Shown: positions 38,252 to 48,069 of the stretch, in pieces
How positions within the stretch are numbered: position 1 is the first letter of the stretch
Layout: each line of letters begins with the position of its first letter
Assembly (NCBI GenBank): GCA_040902005.1
Contig: JBBDYA010000005.1
Coordinates: forward strand, 1-53,180
Reading direction: 5' to 3'
DNA: 53,180 nucleotides
Source of the DNA: Gemmatimonadaceae bacterium
GTDB lineage: Bacteria; Gemmatimonadota; Gemmatimonadetes; Gemmatimonadales; Gemmatimonadaceae
The notes under the pieces: generated by a model
Told to the model about the DNA's origin: nothing
Databases searched by the model: none
The model's input: the letters and a program-made list of their open reading frames with translations, nothing else
Made by a program: the position numbers and the translations under genes

Positions 38252-39112
38252 ATGGCGGAGCGGGGCAAGTACGAGAAGTGGCTTGCGGACCTCGAGGCCA
38301 AGCGCGGGTCCAAGTCCGCCAAGGCGTATGAGAAGGTCAAGTCCGATTACACCGATCGGCTCAACGCCGTGCTGGAGAAGCTCACCGAGCACCAGGCTGC
38401 GATGCAGGAGCACGCGGCCGGCCTGGAGTCCAGGCTCCTGGAGCTGGAGTCCGCGCAGGAAGAAGTGAGCGAGGCGCTGGCGGAAGCCGAGCTGCGTTTC
38501 GACGTGGGAGAAGTCTCGGACGCCGAGTGGGCAGCCCTGTCGAGGAAGTCCGAGAAGGAACTCGCGAAGATCAAGCAGGACAAGGAAGTTACGACCGAGG
38601 ACCTCGAGCGGATTCGAGAGATGTTGTCGGGTGCGGACGCGACCGCGGGGGACGCATCGCCGGGAGACGCGGAGGAGGATGGCGTCGACGCCGACACGGC
38701 TCCGGCGCCGGAGCCAGTGCCCAAGCCGTCGGACGTGGACGAGCTGGAGTTCCTGAAGTCCGTGGTGGGGGCCACGCCCTCCGGATCCAGCGAGCCGCCG
38801 ATGGCCGCGAAGCCAGCGGCGCCCGAGCCGGAGGAACCCAAGGCCGCCCCGCCGCAACCGCCGCAACTGCCGCCCAAACCCAAGGCCGAGTCGCTGGTCA
38901 CGCAGCCGAAGCCACAGGACAAGCTCGTGTCGCAAGAAGAGTCGAGCGCGATGAACGTGACGGACTCGAACCCCATCGTGCTCAAGAGCTCCGGGGGGGG
39001 GGGGGGCGGCGTGGCGCAGACCAAGACGTTGAAGTGTCCGGAGTGCGGCGCCATGAACTATCCGAGCGAGTGGTACTGCGAGCGCTGCGGGGCCGAGCTC
39101 ACGAACGTCTAG
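38252..39112 (+). CDS. Hypothetical coiled-coil protein with C-terminal zinc ribbon
   Basis: N-terminal coiled coil, Pro/Glu-rich linker containing DELEFLKSV, then CPECG..N....WYCERCG. Confidence 0.8.
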   Translation: MAERGKYEKWLADLEAKRGSKSAKAYEKVKSDYTDRLNAVLEKLTEHQAAMQEHAAGLESRLLELESAQEEVSEALAEAELRFDVGEVSDAEWAALSRKSEKELAKIKQDKEVTTEDLERIREMLSGADATAGDASPGDAEEDGVDADTAPAPEPVPKPSDVDELEFLKSVVGATPSGSSEPPMAAKPAAPEPEEPKAAPPQPPQLPPKPKAESLVTQPKPQDKLVSQEESSAMNVTDSNPIVLKSSGGGGGGVAQTKTLKCPECGAMNYPSEWYCERCGAELTNV

Positions 39113-39129
39113 GTTCCCCAGCCGCCAAC

Positions 39130-39154
39130 AAAAAGGGCGCCCGACCGGGCGCCC
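39130..39154 (-). terminator. Intrinsic terminator of rpsT (possibly bidirectional)
   Basis: GGGCGCCC-GACC-GGGCGCCC hairpin followed by TTTTT on the minus strand, between convergent genes. Confidence 0.8.
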
Positions 39155-39175
39155 CATCTCGAACCATCGCCGCGA

Positions 39176-39412
39176 CTACCTGGCCACCCGTGTGAGCGCG
39201 CTCTTCTGCCGCGCCGCGGTGTTCCGGTGAATCAGCCCCTTCCGCGCGGCCCGATCCAGCAGCTGCGTGGCGACCCGGCGCGTCTCGTCGTTCGACCCAG
39301 CGACCTTGGCCTTCTTGAGCGCGGTGCGAAGCGCGGAGCGCTGCGCCCGGTTGCGGATCTCGGCCGCTCTGGACTTGCGAAGGTTCTTCTTGGCTGACGC
39401 AATATTGGGCAC
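39176..39412 (-). CDS. rpsT: 30S ribosomal protein S20
   Basis: PNIASAKK, RNRAQRS.LRT..KK, LDRAARKGLIHRNTAARQKS. GTG start with GGAG upstream. Confidence 0.96.
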   Translation of the reverse strand: MPNIASAKKNLRKSRAAEIRNRAQRSALRTALKKAKVAGSNDETRRVATQLLDRAARKGLIHRNTAARQKSALTRVAR

Positions 39413-39496
39413 GAACTCTTTCTCCAAATCTCGGTATTATCTGGGTGCTTCCGTCGACAAAAAAAACGCGGGCGCGCTGCGTCCGGAAGCGTTGCA

Positions 39497-39525
39497 AAGC
39501 TAGAAATCAGAGTGACGGATGTCAA
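39497..39525 (-). promoter_or_regulatory. sigma70 promoter of rpsT
   Basis: Minus strand TTGACA-N17-TAGCTT. Confidence 0.75.
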
Positions 39526-39534
39526 GGCAGCGCT

Positions 39535-39563
39535 TTGACTTCGCTCGTGTTCGGCGCTACTAT
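39535..39563 (+). promoter_or_regulatory. sigma70 promoter of the site-2 protease/scpAB operon
   Basis: TTGACT-N17-TACTAT, back-to-back with the rpsT promoter. Confidence 0.75.
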
Positions 39564-39572
39564 TTTCCGCAC

Positions 39573-40268
39573 GTGGATACCCTCACAACGGTCCTCTTCG
39601 TTGCGCCCGTTCTCCTCTATTCCGTGATCGCGCACGAATATGCGCACGGCTTCGCGGCGCTCAGGCAGGGTGATCCGACGGCAAAGGAACTCGGCCGTCT
39701 CACGTGGAATCCGGTCAAGCACATCGACCCCTTTCTCACCATCCTCATGCCCCTCGTGATGGGGTACATGTCCGGATGGCAGATCATCCTCGGCGGCGCC
39801 AAGCCGGTGCCTGTCAATCCGATGAACTACCGGAACCTCAGGCGCGGCGACATCATCGTCTCGCTCGCGGGGGTGGCCACGAACCTGGTGCTGGCGTTCG
39901 CGTGCACCCTGCTGATCGCCGTCTTCGGGCTGGTCGGACAGTTCGTCCCGGCGCTCGGCACCACGGTCGGCGTGCTCCAGGTGGCGATGATCTTCGGCGT
40001 GGGCATCAATCTCATCCTGATCGCCTTCAACCTGATCCCGATTCCGCCGCTCGACGGATCGCACGTGATGAAGTATCTCATGCCTGCGTCGTGGGCCGTG
40101 CGTTATCAGCAGGCCGGCCGTTTCGGCTTCATCATTCTCATCGTGATGCTCGTCTACGGTCGCGGGTTCCTCGAGATGTGGCTACGTCCGGCGCTGTCGC
40201 TGCGCCTCATGCTGCTCCAGTCGGTGGACGGCTTCTTCCATGCGTCCGTCGGGGGTTGGTTCCGGTGA
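39573..40268 (+). CDS. Site-2 protease (M50, YwhC-like)
   Basis: HEYAHG, GDPTA, AKPVPVN, FNLIPIPPLDGS. Confidence 0.92.
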   Translation: MDTLTTVLFVAPVLLYSVIAHEYAHGFAALRQGDPTAKELGRLTWNPVKHIDPFLTILMPLVMGYMSGWQIILGGAKPVPVNPMNYRNLRRGDIIVSLAGVATNLVLAFACTLLIAVFGLVGQFVPALGTTVGVLQVAMIFGVGINLILIAFNLIPIPPLDGSHVMKYLMPASWAVRYQQAGRFGFIILIVMLVYGRGFLEMWLRPALSLRLMLLQSVDGFFHASVGGWFR

Positions 40269-41059
40269 CCACCTTCCCGCCGGACATGCCCCTGTCGAAT
40301 GCCGGCTACGTACCGCCGGGGTTCGGCCGTCAGAGCGCCGGCGACGACGGCGCGTTCGTGGTCGAGCTCACCGCGTTTTCCGGCCCGCTCGATCTCCTGC
40401 TCTCGCTCATCCGCGACGAGAAGGTGGACATCTACGACATTCCCATCGCGCGCGTCGCAGAGCAGTTCCTGCGGCGCATCCGGACGCTGGGACTGAACGA
40501 GGCGGCGGACTATCTCGAGATGGCGGCGCGGTTGCTGCGCATCAAGGCCCAGTTGCTCCTGCCGCGCGGCGAGAGCGAGCAGTGGGAGGATCCGCGAGCG
40601 GAGCTCGTGCGCCGGCTGCTGGAGTATCAGCAGATGCGCGAGATCGTGTCCCTGATGGAGCACCGCGCGGACGAGCGGCGCAACCAGTTCGCGCGCGCGT
40701 ATCTGCCGGACCAGCCCGCGCCGCCGCAGGCGCCGCTCGCGCTCTCGCTGTCGGAACTGCTCAGCGCCGTGGACCGGGTGCTGCGCGCGGTGTACGAGCC
40801 GAACATGCACGACGTGGTCGCGCGTCCGCTTGACGTGCCGGCGGCCATCGAGATCATCCGCTCACTGCTCGCGCTCAAGGCCCGTCTCCAGTGGACGGAC
40901 GTCGTGCGCGCCGACGCGAAGCCGTGGCAGGTGCTCTCAGCGCTGCTCGGCCTGCTGGAACTGGCCCGAATAGGCGAGCTGCACGTGGCGCAGCCGCGCC
41001 CGTTCGCGAACGTCGAGATCTCACGAGATCCCAGTGACCCCGCTAGCGAAGCTGCTTGA
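40265..41059 (+). CDS. scpA: Segregation/condensation protein A
   Basis: FSGPLDLLL.LI...VDIYDIPI, YLEMAA.LL.IK..LLP, LLEY. Confidence 0.92.
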   Translation: MTTFPPDMPLSNAGYVPPGFGRQSAGDDGAFVVELTAFSGPLDLLLSLIRDEKVDIYDIPIARVAEQFLRRIRTLGLNEAADYLEMAARLLRIKAQLLLPRGESEQWEDPRAELVRRLLEYQQMREIVSLMEHRADERRNQFARAYLPDQPAPPQAPLALSLSELLSAVDRVLRAVYEPNMHDVVARPLDVPAAIEIIRSLLALKARLQWTDVVRADAKPWQVLSALLGLLELARIGELHVAQPRPFANVEISRDPSDPASEAA

Positions 41060-41636
41060 GGCGGCGCTCTTCGCGAGCGCGCGCCCGGTCTCGGTCGAAG
41101 AACTCTCCGCGCTGGAGCCGGAGGCGTCGTCCGGCGAACTGACCGCGGCGCTGGACGAGGTCCGGCTGCACTACGACACTGAGGGGCATGGCGTGGAACT
41201 CGTGGAAATCGGCGGGGGGTGGCAGATCCTTACCCGCGCCGAGTACACCGAGGCGATCGAGCGCGCGCAGCTCGCCGCGCGGCCGCAGCGGCTCTCGGCG
41301 GCGGCGCTCGAGACCCTCGCGCTGATCGCGTATCGCCAGCCGATCGGACGCGCCGAAGTGGAGGAGATCCGCGGCGTGAACGTGGGGAGCGTGCTCAAAT
41401 CGCTGCACGAGCGTGGGCTGATCGACGTGGTGGGGCGCGCGGAGGGGCTGGGCCGCCCGCTCCTGTACGGGACGACGCCGCTGTTTCTCGAGCACTTCGC
41501 ACTGCGGCACCTGGAAGAGCTGCCGCGCGCGGATGAACTGGCGATCGCCCTGCGGCATCACGCCGATGCACGTGTTGATGGGATCGCGCTGACCGCGGAA
41601 GGGGACGGAGCGTCCGATGGCATTCAGCCCGGCTGA
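41034..41636 (+). CDS. scpB: Segregation/condensation protein B
   Basis: LEAALFAS, LSAAALETLA.IAYRQP, GRPLLYGTT..FL..F.L..L.ELP. Confidence 0.95.
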   Translation: MTPLAKLLEAALFASARPVSVEELSALEPEASSGELTAALDEVRLHYDTEGHGVELVEIGGGWQILTRAEYTEAIERAQLAARPQRLSAAALETLALIAYRQPIGRAEVEEIRGVNVGSVLKSLHERGLIDVVGRAEGLGRPLLYGTTPLFLEHFALRHLEELPRADELAIALRHHADARVDGIALTAEGDGASDGIQPG

Positions 41637-41676
41637 ATGCCATCGACCTTTACTCTGCCCGGCTGAATGCGATCGA
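41615..41676. repeat. Perfect 15-bp inverted repeat plus overlapping 20-bp direct repeat
   Basis: CGATGGCATTCAGCC-C-GGCTGAATGCCATCG (41615-41645); GCCCGGCTGAATGC[C/G]ATCGA at 41627 and 41657. Confidence 0.85.
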
Positions 41677-41684
41677 ACCCTCCC

Positions 41685-42416
41685 ATGCGGCTTCAACGCG
41701 CGCTCGCGCGCGCGGGCATCGCGTCGCGCCGCCACTCCGAGGAGCTGATCGCTGCCGGTCGGGTGACCGTCAACGGCAAGACCGCGACGATCGGACAGAG
41801 CGTGGACGCCGACCGCGACGAGATCCGCGTGGACGGCAAGCCGGTGAGCACGCCCGCCGCGCCGGTGTGGATCGTCCTGAACAAGCCGGCAGGCGTCATG
41901 ACGACGCGGTCCGATCCGGAAGGGCGAAAGACGGTGTTCGACCTCGTGCAGGACGCGCCCGGCCTCACGTACGTGGGACGGCTGGACTACATGACCGAGG
42001 GCGTCCTGCTGCTCACCAGCGACGGCACGGCCGCGCACGCGCTCACGCACCCCAGTTTCGAGGTGCGACGCACCTATGTCGCCATCGTCCGCGGTGACGT
42101 GGAGAGCGCGGCGCGCGAGGCCAGGCAGGGGGTGGAGCTCGACGACGGGGTGGTGGAACCGGTCGCTGTGTCCACCCGTTCGCTGGGCAACGGGCTGCAC
42201 GAGTTCGAGATCACGATTGCCGAGGGGCGCAAGCGCGAGGTGCGGCGGATGTGCAAGGCGCTCGGGCTCGCCATCGAGCGGCTGATCCGCACGCGCTACG
42301 GTCCCGTGGAACTCGGCAAGCTCGGGCCCGGCGAGAGTCGCGGACTCACGCAGAAGGAGCGTCTCCAGATCGCGAACCTCACGGGCAAGTCCGCGCCTGG
42401 GCGTCGTCGCCGGTAG
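41685..42416 (+). CDS. rluB: rRNA pseudouridine synthase, RsuA/RluB family
   Basis: S4 domain (MRLQR.LA..G.ASRR), [27 protein letters not shown]. Follows scpAB. Confidence 0.85.
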   Translation: MRLQRALARAGIASRRHSEELIAAGRVTVNGKTATIGQSVDADRDEIRVDGKPVSTPAAPVWIVLNKPAGVMTTRSDPEGRKTVFDLVQDAPGLTYVGRLDYMTEGVLLLTSDGTAAHALTHPSFEVRRTYVAIVRGDVESAAREARQGVELDDGVVEPVAVSTRSLGNGLHEFEITIAEGRKREVRRMCKALGLAIERLIRTRYGPVELGKLGPGESRGLTQKERLQIANLTGKSAPGRRRR

Positions 42417-42502
42417 GAAGCCGCTCGCGCGGGAACACCCGGGCGCGCCGGACGGTCTTATTCTTGTAGGACGCTGAGAACCCCATAAAACCCCGGAGCA
42501 CC

Positions 42503-43482
<980 letters not shown>

Positions 43483-43486
<4 letters not shown>

Positions 43487-44481
43487 CCCACCGCCCCAGC
43501 GGGGTCATGCGCACCGCGTCCTGGCGCGGTCACACCGATCCCGGATCGCAGCCGGACGTGCCCGGCGTGACCACGCCGCGGCCCCCCGTTTCGCGCGTGC
43601 CGCCGGAGGTGCTCCGTCAGGTGAAGCTGCTCGAGCTTCGCACCCGCGGGCTTGTGAATTCGCTCTTCTCCGGCGAGTACCGCTCCGTGTTCAAGGGGCA
43701 GGGAATGGAGTTCGCCGAGGTCCGCGAATACCAGCCGGGCGACGAGGTGCGCAGCATCGACTGGAACGTCACCGCGCGCATGCGCCGCCCGTACGTGAAG
43801 CGGTACATCGAGGAGCGCGAGCTGACCGTGATGCTCGCGGTGGATCTCTCGGGGTCCGAGCGATTCGGCACGCAGCGCCGGTTCAAGAGCGAGCTGGCGT
43901 CGGAGCTCGCGGCGGTGATCGCGATGTCCGCCATTCGCAACAACGATCGCGTGGGCACGTTGCTGTTCACCGACCGGGTGGAGCACGTGGTGCCACCGCG
44001 CAAGGGACGCCGGCACGCGCTGCGCCTCATCCGGGACCTGCTCGTCTTCGAGCCACTGGGACGCGGCACCGACGTCGCGGGCGCCACCGAGTATCTCAAC
44101 AAGATGCTGGCGCACAAATCCATCATCTTCGTCGTCTCCGACTTCATCTCGCCCGCCATCGAGCGACCGCTCAAGCTGTTGGCGCAGCGGCATGATGTCG
44201 TGGCCGTCACCGTGGAGGACCCGAGCGAGCTGACGCTCCCCGACATCGGGCTGGCCCGGCTCGCCGATCCGGAAACCGGCGAGACGATCGACGTGGACAC
44301 GAGCGATCCCGAGGTGCGCGCGGCGTTCGCCCGGCACGTCGCCGACGAGCGCGACGGGCGCAAGCGGCTGCTGCGCCGGCTGGCCATCGACGAAGTGCCC
44401 GTCCGCACCGACGGCAGCATCGTGGAGCCGCTCTTCCGCTTCTTCCGCGCGCGCGAAACGCGCACGAGGCGCCGCCGGTGA
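43483..44481 (+). CDS. DUF58-family (VWA-like) protein
   Basis: FKGQGMEFAEVREY.PGD, IDWNVTAR, DLSGS, SDF. The true start may be slightly downstream. Confidence 0.92.
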
Positions 44482-45407
44482 AGCGGCTCTGGACGCTGGC
44501 GTTGCTGCTGGGCCCCGCGGCCGCGAGCGCGCAGGGGGGGGGGCAGTTGCCGGCAGACTCGGTGCGGTACGGCGTCACCACGTCGCACGACACGGTCACT
44601 GTGGGCGAGGCCTTCGAGGTTCGCGTGCGCGTGCGCGCGCCGGTGGATGCCACGATCCGCTTCCCGGAGCAGCCTGATTCGACCGGCACGGTGCAGGCGC
44701 GCGATCCCCGCGTCATCCAGATCACGGACAGCATCCAGGCGCGCGACGAGACCGCAGTGTACCGGGTGTCGGCCTGGGATGTGGAGACCCAACCGATCAT
44801 TCTTCCGGACGTGGTGGTGAGCTGGACGGGGGGCGAGCGCCGCATTCCGCTGGGCGGTCTCGAGGTGTTCGTTCGGAGCGTGCTGCCGGCGGACAGCACG
44901 CTGCGCGTGCCGAAGCCGGCGCGGCCGCTCTGGGAGCCGCGAGCGTTCCCCTGGTGGCTGCTTGCGGCGCTGCTCGCCGCCGCCATCATCGGCGCCCTGC
45001 TCTGGTGGTGGTGGCGTCGTCGCCGTCGCCCGCGGGCCGCCGAGGTCCTCGATCCGTACGCGCAGGCGCAACGCGAGTTCAACCGGCTGGATGCCATGGG
45101 CCTGGTGGACGCGGGCGAACGCACGCGATTCGCCGCGCTCGCCGTGGAAGTGCTGCGCGACTACCTCGTGGCGCGCTATCCGGACCTGTCGCTCGCGCTC
45201 ACCAGCCGCGAGGTGGTCGCGATGATCCGGCGCCATCCCACCGTGCCGGCAGAGCAGTTGTCGCGTGTGCTGCACGAAGCTGATCTGGCCAAGTTTGCCG
45301 GCTTTTCGCTCGTGGAGGAGCGGGCGCGCAATCTCGCGCGTGACGCCCGGGGGATCGTCGAGCACGACCACGCGGCCTCACAGCCGCCAGCGCAGGCGGC
45401 CGCATGA
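44478..45407 (+). CDS. Bat-operon membrane-anchored protein (signal peptide, Ig-like domain, TM, helical domain)
   Basis: Sits between the DUF58 and VWA genes; C-terminal ADLAKFA motif. Confidence 0.75.
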   Translation: MKRLWTLALLLGPAAASAQGGGQLPADSVRYGVTTSHDTVTVGEAFEVRVRVRAPVDATIRFPEQPDSTGTVQARDPRVIQITDSIQARDETAVYRVSAWDVETQPIILPDVVVSWTGGERRIPLGGLEVFVRSVLPADSTLRVPKPARPLWEPRAFPWWLLAALLAAAIIGALLWWWWRRRRRPRAAEVLDPYAQAQREFNRLDAMGLVDAGERTRFAALAVEVLRDYLVARYPDLSLALTSREVVAMIRRHPTVPAEQLSRVLHEADLAKFAGFSLVEERARNLARDARGIVEHDHAASQPPAQAAA

Positions 45408-46399
45408 TCGACGTCGGCCTCGTGCAGTTCGCGTCCCCCTGGGCGCTTCCGCTCCTGCTCGCCCTCCCCGCGTGGTGGCTGTGGCGCAGCCGCCGCAAGC
45501 GCCCCGCGATCGTCTTCTCGCGCGTGAGCGCGCTTGCCAGCGGTCCGCGCGCGGGCCGCGGCATCACGCGCGCGCTCTTCCTGCTGCGCAACCTCGTGCT
45601 GCTGGGCGTGGTGGTCGCGCTCGCGCGTCCGCGGTCCGGGGCGCGCGCGGAGGACGTCACCTCCGATGGCATCAACATCGTGATCGCCTTCGACATCTCC
45701 AGCTCGATGCTCGCGCAGGACTTCCAGCCGCAGAACCGGCTCGAGGTCGCGCGCGAGAAGGTGAAACAGTTCGTGTCGTTGCGGCGCAGCGACCGGATTG
45801 GTGTCGTCGCGTTCTCCGGCGAGGCGCTCACGCAGGTGCCACTCACCACCGACTACCCCGTTGTGCTGGCGGCCCTCAACAACCTCCAGCCCGGCCAGCT
45901 CGAGGATGGCACCGCGATCGGCACCGCGATTGCCACCGCCGCGAACCGGCTCAAGGACGCGCCGGGCGCGTCACGCGTGGTGATCGTCCTCACCGACGGC
46001 GTCAACAACCGCGGCTCGATCGATCCCCGCACCGCCGCGCGTGCGGCGGCGGCGCTCGGCATCCGCGTGTACACGATCGGGGTGGGAACGGAGGGGATGG
46101 CACCCGTGCCCGTGGGACGCGGCCTCTTTGGCTTGCGGTACGAGATGCGTCCGGTGGAGATCGACGATCAGCTGCTCACCGAAGTGGCGCGGCTCACGGG
46201 TGGACGCTACTTCCGCGCGCGCGACGCGGCGGCGCTCGACCGCATCACGCACGAGATCGACCGGCTGGAGCGCGTGCCCGTGCAGACGCGCACGTACGTC
46301 CGCTTCACGGAGCTCTATCGCTGGCCGCTGCTGCTCGCCCTGTTCGCGCTCGCGGCCGAGATTACGCTCTTTGCGCGCCGGGGGCCGCTGCCCGCATGA
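45404..46399 (+). CDS. batA: VWA-domain protein, BatA-like
   Basis: FASPW.L, ALARP, MIDAS DISSSM, DRIG...F, GTAIG, LTDG.NN.G. Confidence 0.88.
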   Translation: MIDVGLVQFASPWALPLLLALPAWWLWRSRRKRPAIVFSRVSALASGPRAGRGITRALFLLRNLVLLGVVVALARPRSGARAEDVTSDGINIVIAFDISSSMLAQDFQPQNRLEVAREKVKQFVSLRRSDRIGVVAFSGEALTQVPLTTDYPVVLAALNNLQPGQLEDGTAIGTAIATAANRLKDAPGASRVVIVLTDGVNNRGSIDPRTAARAAAALGIRVYTIGVGTEGMAPVPVGRGLFGLRYEMRPVEIDDQLLTEVARLTGGRYFRARDAAALDRITHEIDRLERVPVQTRTYVRFTELYRWPLLLALFALAAEITLFARRGPLPA

Positions 46400-48069
46400 G
46401 GATCTCCTTCGACTACCTCTGGCTGCTGCCGCTGGCGCTCCTGCTGCCGGTGGCCTTCATCTGGCTGCTGGGGCGCGCGGCCGGGCGTCGCCGTGATCGG
46501 CTCGCGCGCTTTGGCGAGCTGGAGATCGTCAAGCGCCTGCTCCCCGCCAACGCCACGGGATCGCTCAAGCCGCGCGCGGCCCGCCTCGCGGTCGCGGGCG
46601 CGCTCCTCGGCGTGGGCATTGCCGGCCCGCGGTGGGGCACGGAGCAGACGGTCGTCCGGTCGCGTGGCATCGACATGGTGTTCGCGCTCGACGCGTCGCT
46701 CTCGATGATGGCCACCGACGCGCGCCCCAACCGGATCACAGAGATGAAGCAGGAAGTGCGTCGCCTGCGGGCGATGTCGCGCGGGGACCGCGTGGGGCTC
46801 ATCGCATTCGCCGGGCGCAGCTACGTGCTCTCGCCACTCACGATCGACGCGGGCGCACTCGATCTCTTCCTGGACAACCTCGATCCGTCCGTGGTGGGCC
46901 AGGCGGGCAGTTCGCTCGCGCGCGCCATCCGGCAGGGCACCGACCTGCTCTCGCTCACGAAGAGCACGGCCGACCGGGCGCTCGTCGTGATGAGCGACGG
47001 CGAAGCGTTCGAGGACGTGGAGGACGTCATCGCCGAGGCGCGCAGGGCGGGCGAGCAGGGGATCAATCTCGTGACCGTTGGCTTCGGCTCGACGGACGGC
47101 GCGAACATTCCCGTTCGCGAGGGCGGCGTCAACACACTCAAGCGCGACGACCAGGGTCAGATCGTCGTGACGCGCTACCAGCCGGACTTCCTCCAGGCCG
47201 CGGCCGAGGCGGCCAAGGGCACCTTCATTCCCTCGGAGCTGACGGACAAGGCGACTCGCGTGCGCGCCGCGCTCGCGTCACTGCGTCGGCAGCAGCGCGT
47301 GACGCTCGGCGGCGAAACCCAGACGCCGCGATATCAATGGTTCCTGCTTCCCGCGGCACTGCTGCTGCTGGTGGACACCCTGCTCAACGAGCGGCGCGGC
47401 CGACGCAAACGGGGTGCGGCCGCGTCCACCGCCGCCCCTGTGGCGGCGATGCTGCTCTTCCTGCTCGTGGGCTGCGCCGGACAGTCCGGCTCGGCCGCGG
47501 CCGCGCGGGCGTATCACGCGCAACAGTATCCCCGGTCGGCGGCGATGTTTCGCGCGCTGGTGGACGCAGGCGATCGCACCCCGCCCACGCTCTACAACTA
47601 TGGAACGGCCCTGCTCGCCGCCGATTCACTCACCGGCGCGGCCGAGGTGCTGGAGCGCGCGGCCGAATCGACCGATCCCGAGCTGCGGTATCGCTCGCTC
47701 TTCAACCTGGGGCTGGCGCACCTGAAGCGGGGGCTGGCGCTGCCGGAGCAACAGGCAGAGGAGCCGCTGAATGCGGCACTCGCCGCCTACAAGAAGGTGC
47801 TGCTCTTGCGTTCCGGGGACATGGATGCCAAGTGGAACTACGAGCTGGCCCTGAGAAAGAAGGAGGGCGGTGGCGGCGGTGGAGGGGGTGGGGGAGGCGG
47901 GTCCGACGAGAGCCCGTCGCGTGAACAGCAGCCCAGGCCGAGCGGCGGCCTTGGCGAACAGCAGGCCGAGCAACTGTTGGGGAGCGCGGCCCGCGAGGAG
48001 CGTGACGTGCAGGCGAGACGGCAACAGCGCAGCAGGGTAGAGCCCCCGCCCGGCGGGAAGGACTGGTAG
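46396..48069 (+). CDS. VWA plus TPR protein (BatB-BatC fusion)
   Basis: GPRWG, DASLSM, MSDGE, TM segment, TPR (YNYG, FNLG, AKWNYELA); C-terminal KDW. Confidence 0.85.
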   Translation: MRISFDYLWLLPLALLLPVAFIWLLGRAAGRRRDRLARFGELEIVKRLLPANATGSLKPRAARLAVAGALLGVGIAGPRWGTEQTVVRSRGIDMVFALDASLSMMATDARPNRITEMKQEVRRLRAMSRGDRVGLIAFAGRSYVLSPLTIDAGALDLFLDNLDPSVVGQAGSSLARAIRQGTDLLSLTKSTADRALVVMSDGEAFEDVEDVIAEARRAGEQGINLVTVGFGSTDGANIPVREGGVNTLKRDDQGQIVVTRYQPDFLQAAAEAAKGTFIPSELTDKATRVRAALASLRRQQRVTLGGETQTPRYQWFLLPAALLLLVDTLLNERRGRRKRGAAASTAAPVAAMLLFLLVGCAGQSGSAAAARAYHAQQYPRSAAMFRALVDAGDRTPPTLYNYGTALLAADSLTGAAEVLERAAESTDPELRYRSLFNLGLAHLKRGLALPEQQAEEPLNAALAAYKKVLLLRSGDMDAKWNYELALRKKEGGGGGGGGGGGGSDESPSREQQPRPSGGLGEQQAEQLLGSAAREERDVQARRQQRSRVEPPPGGKDW

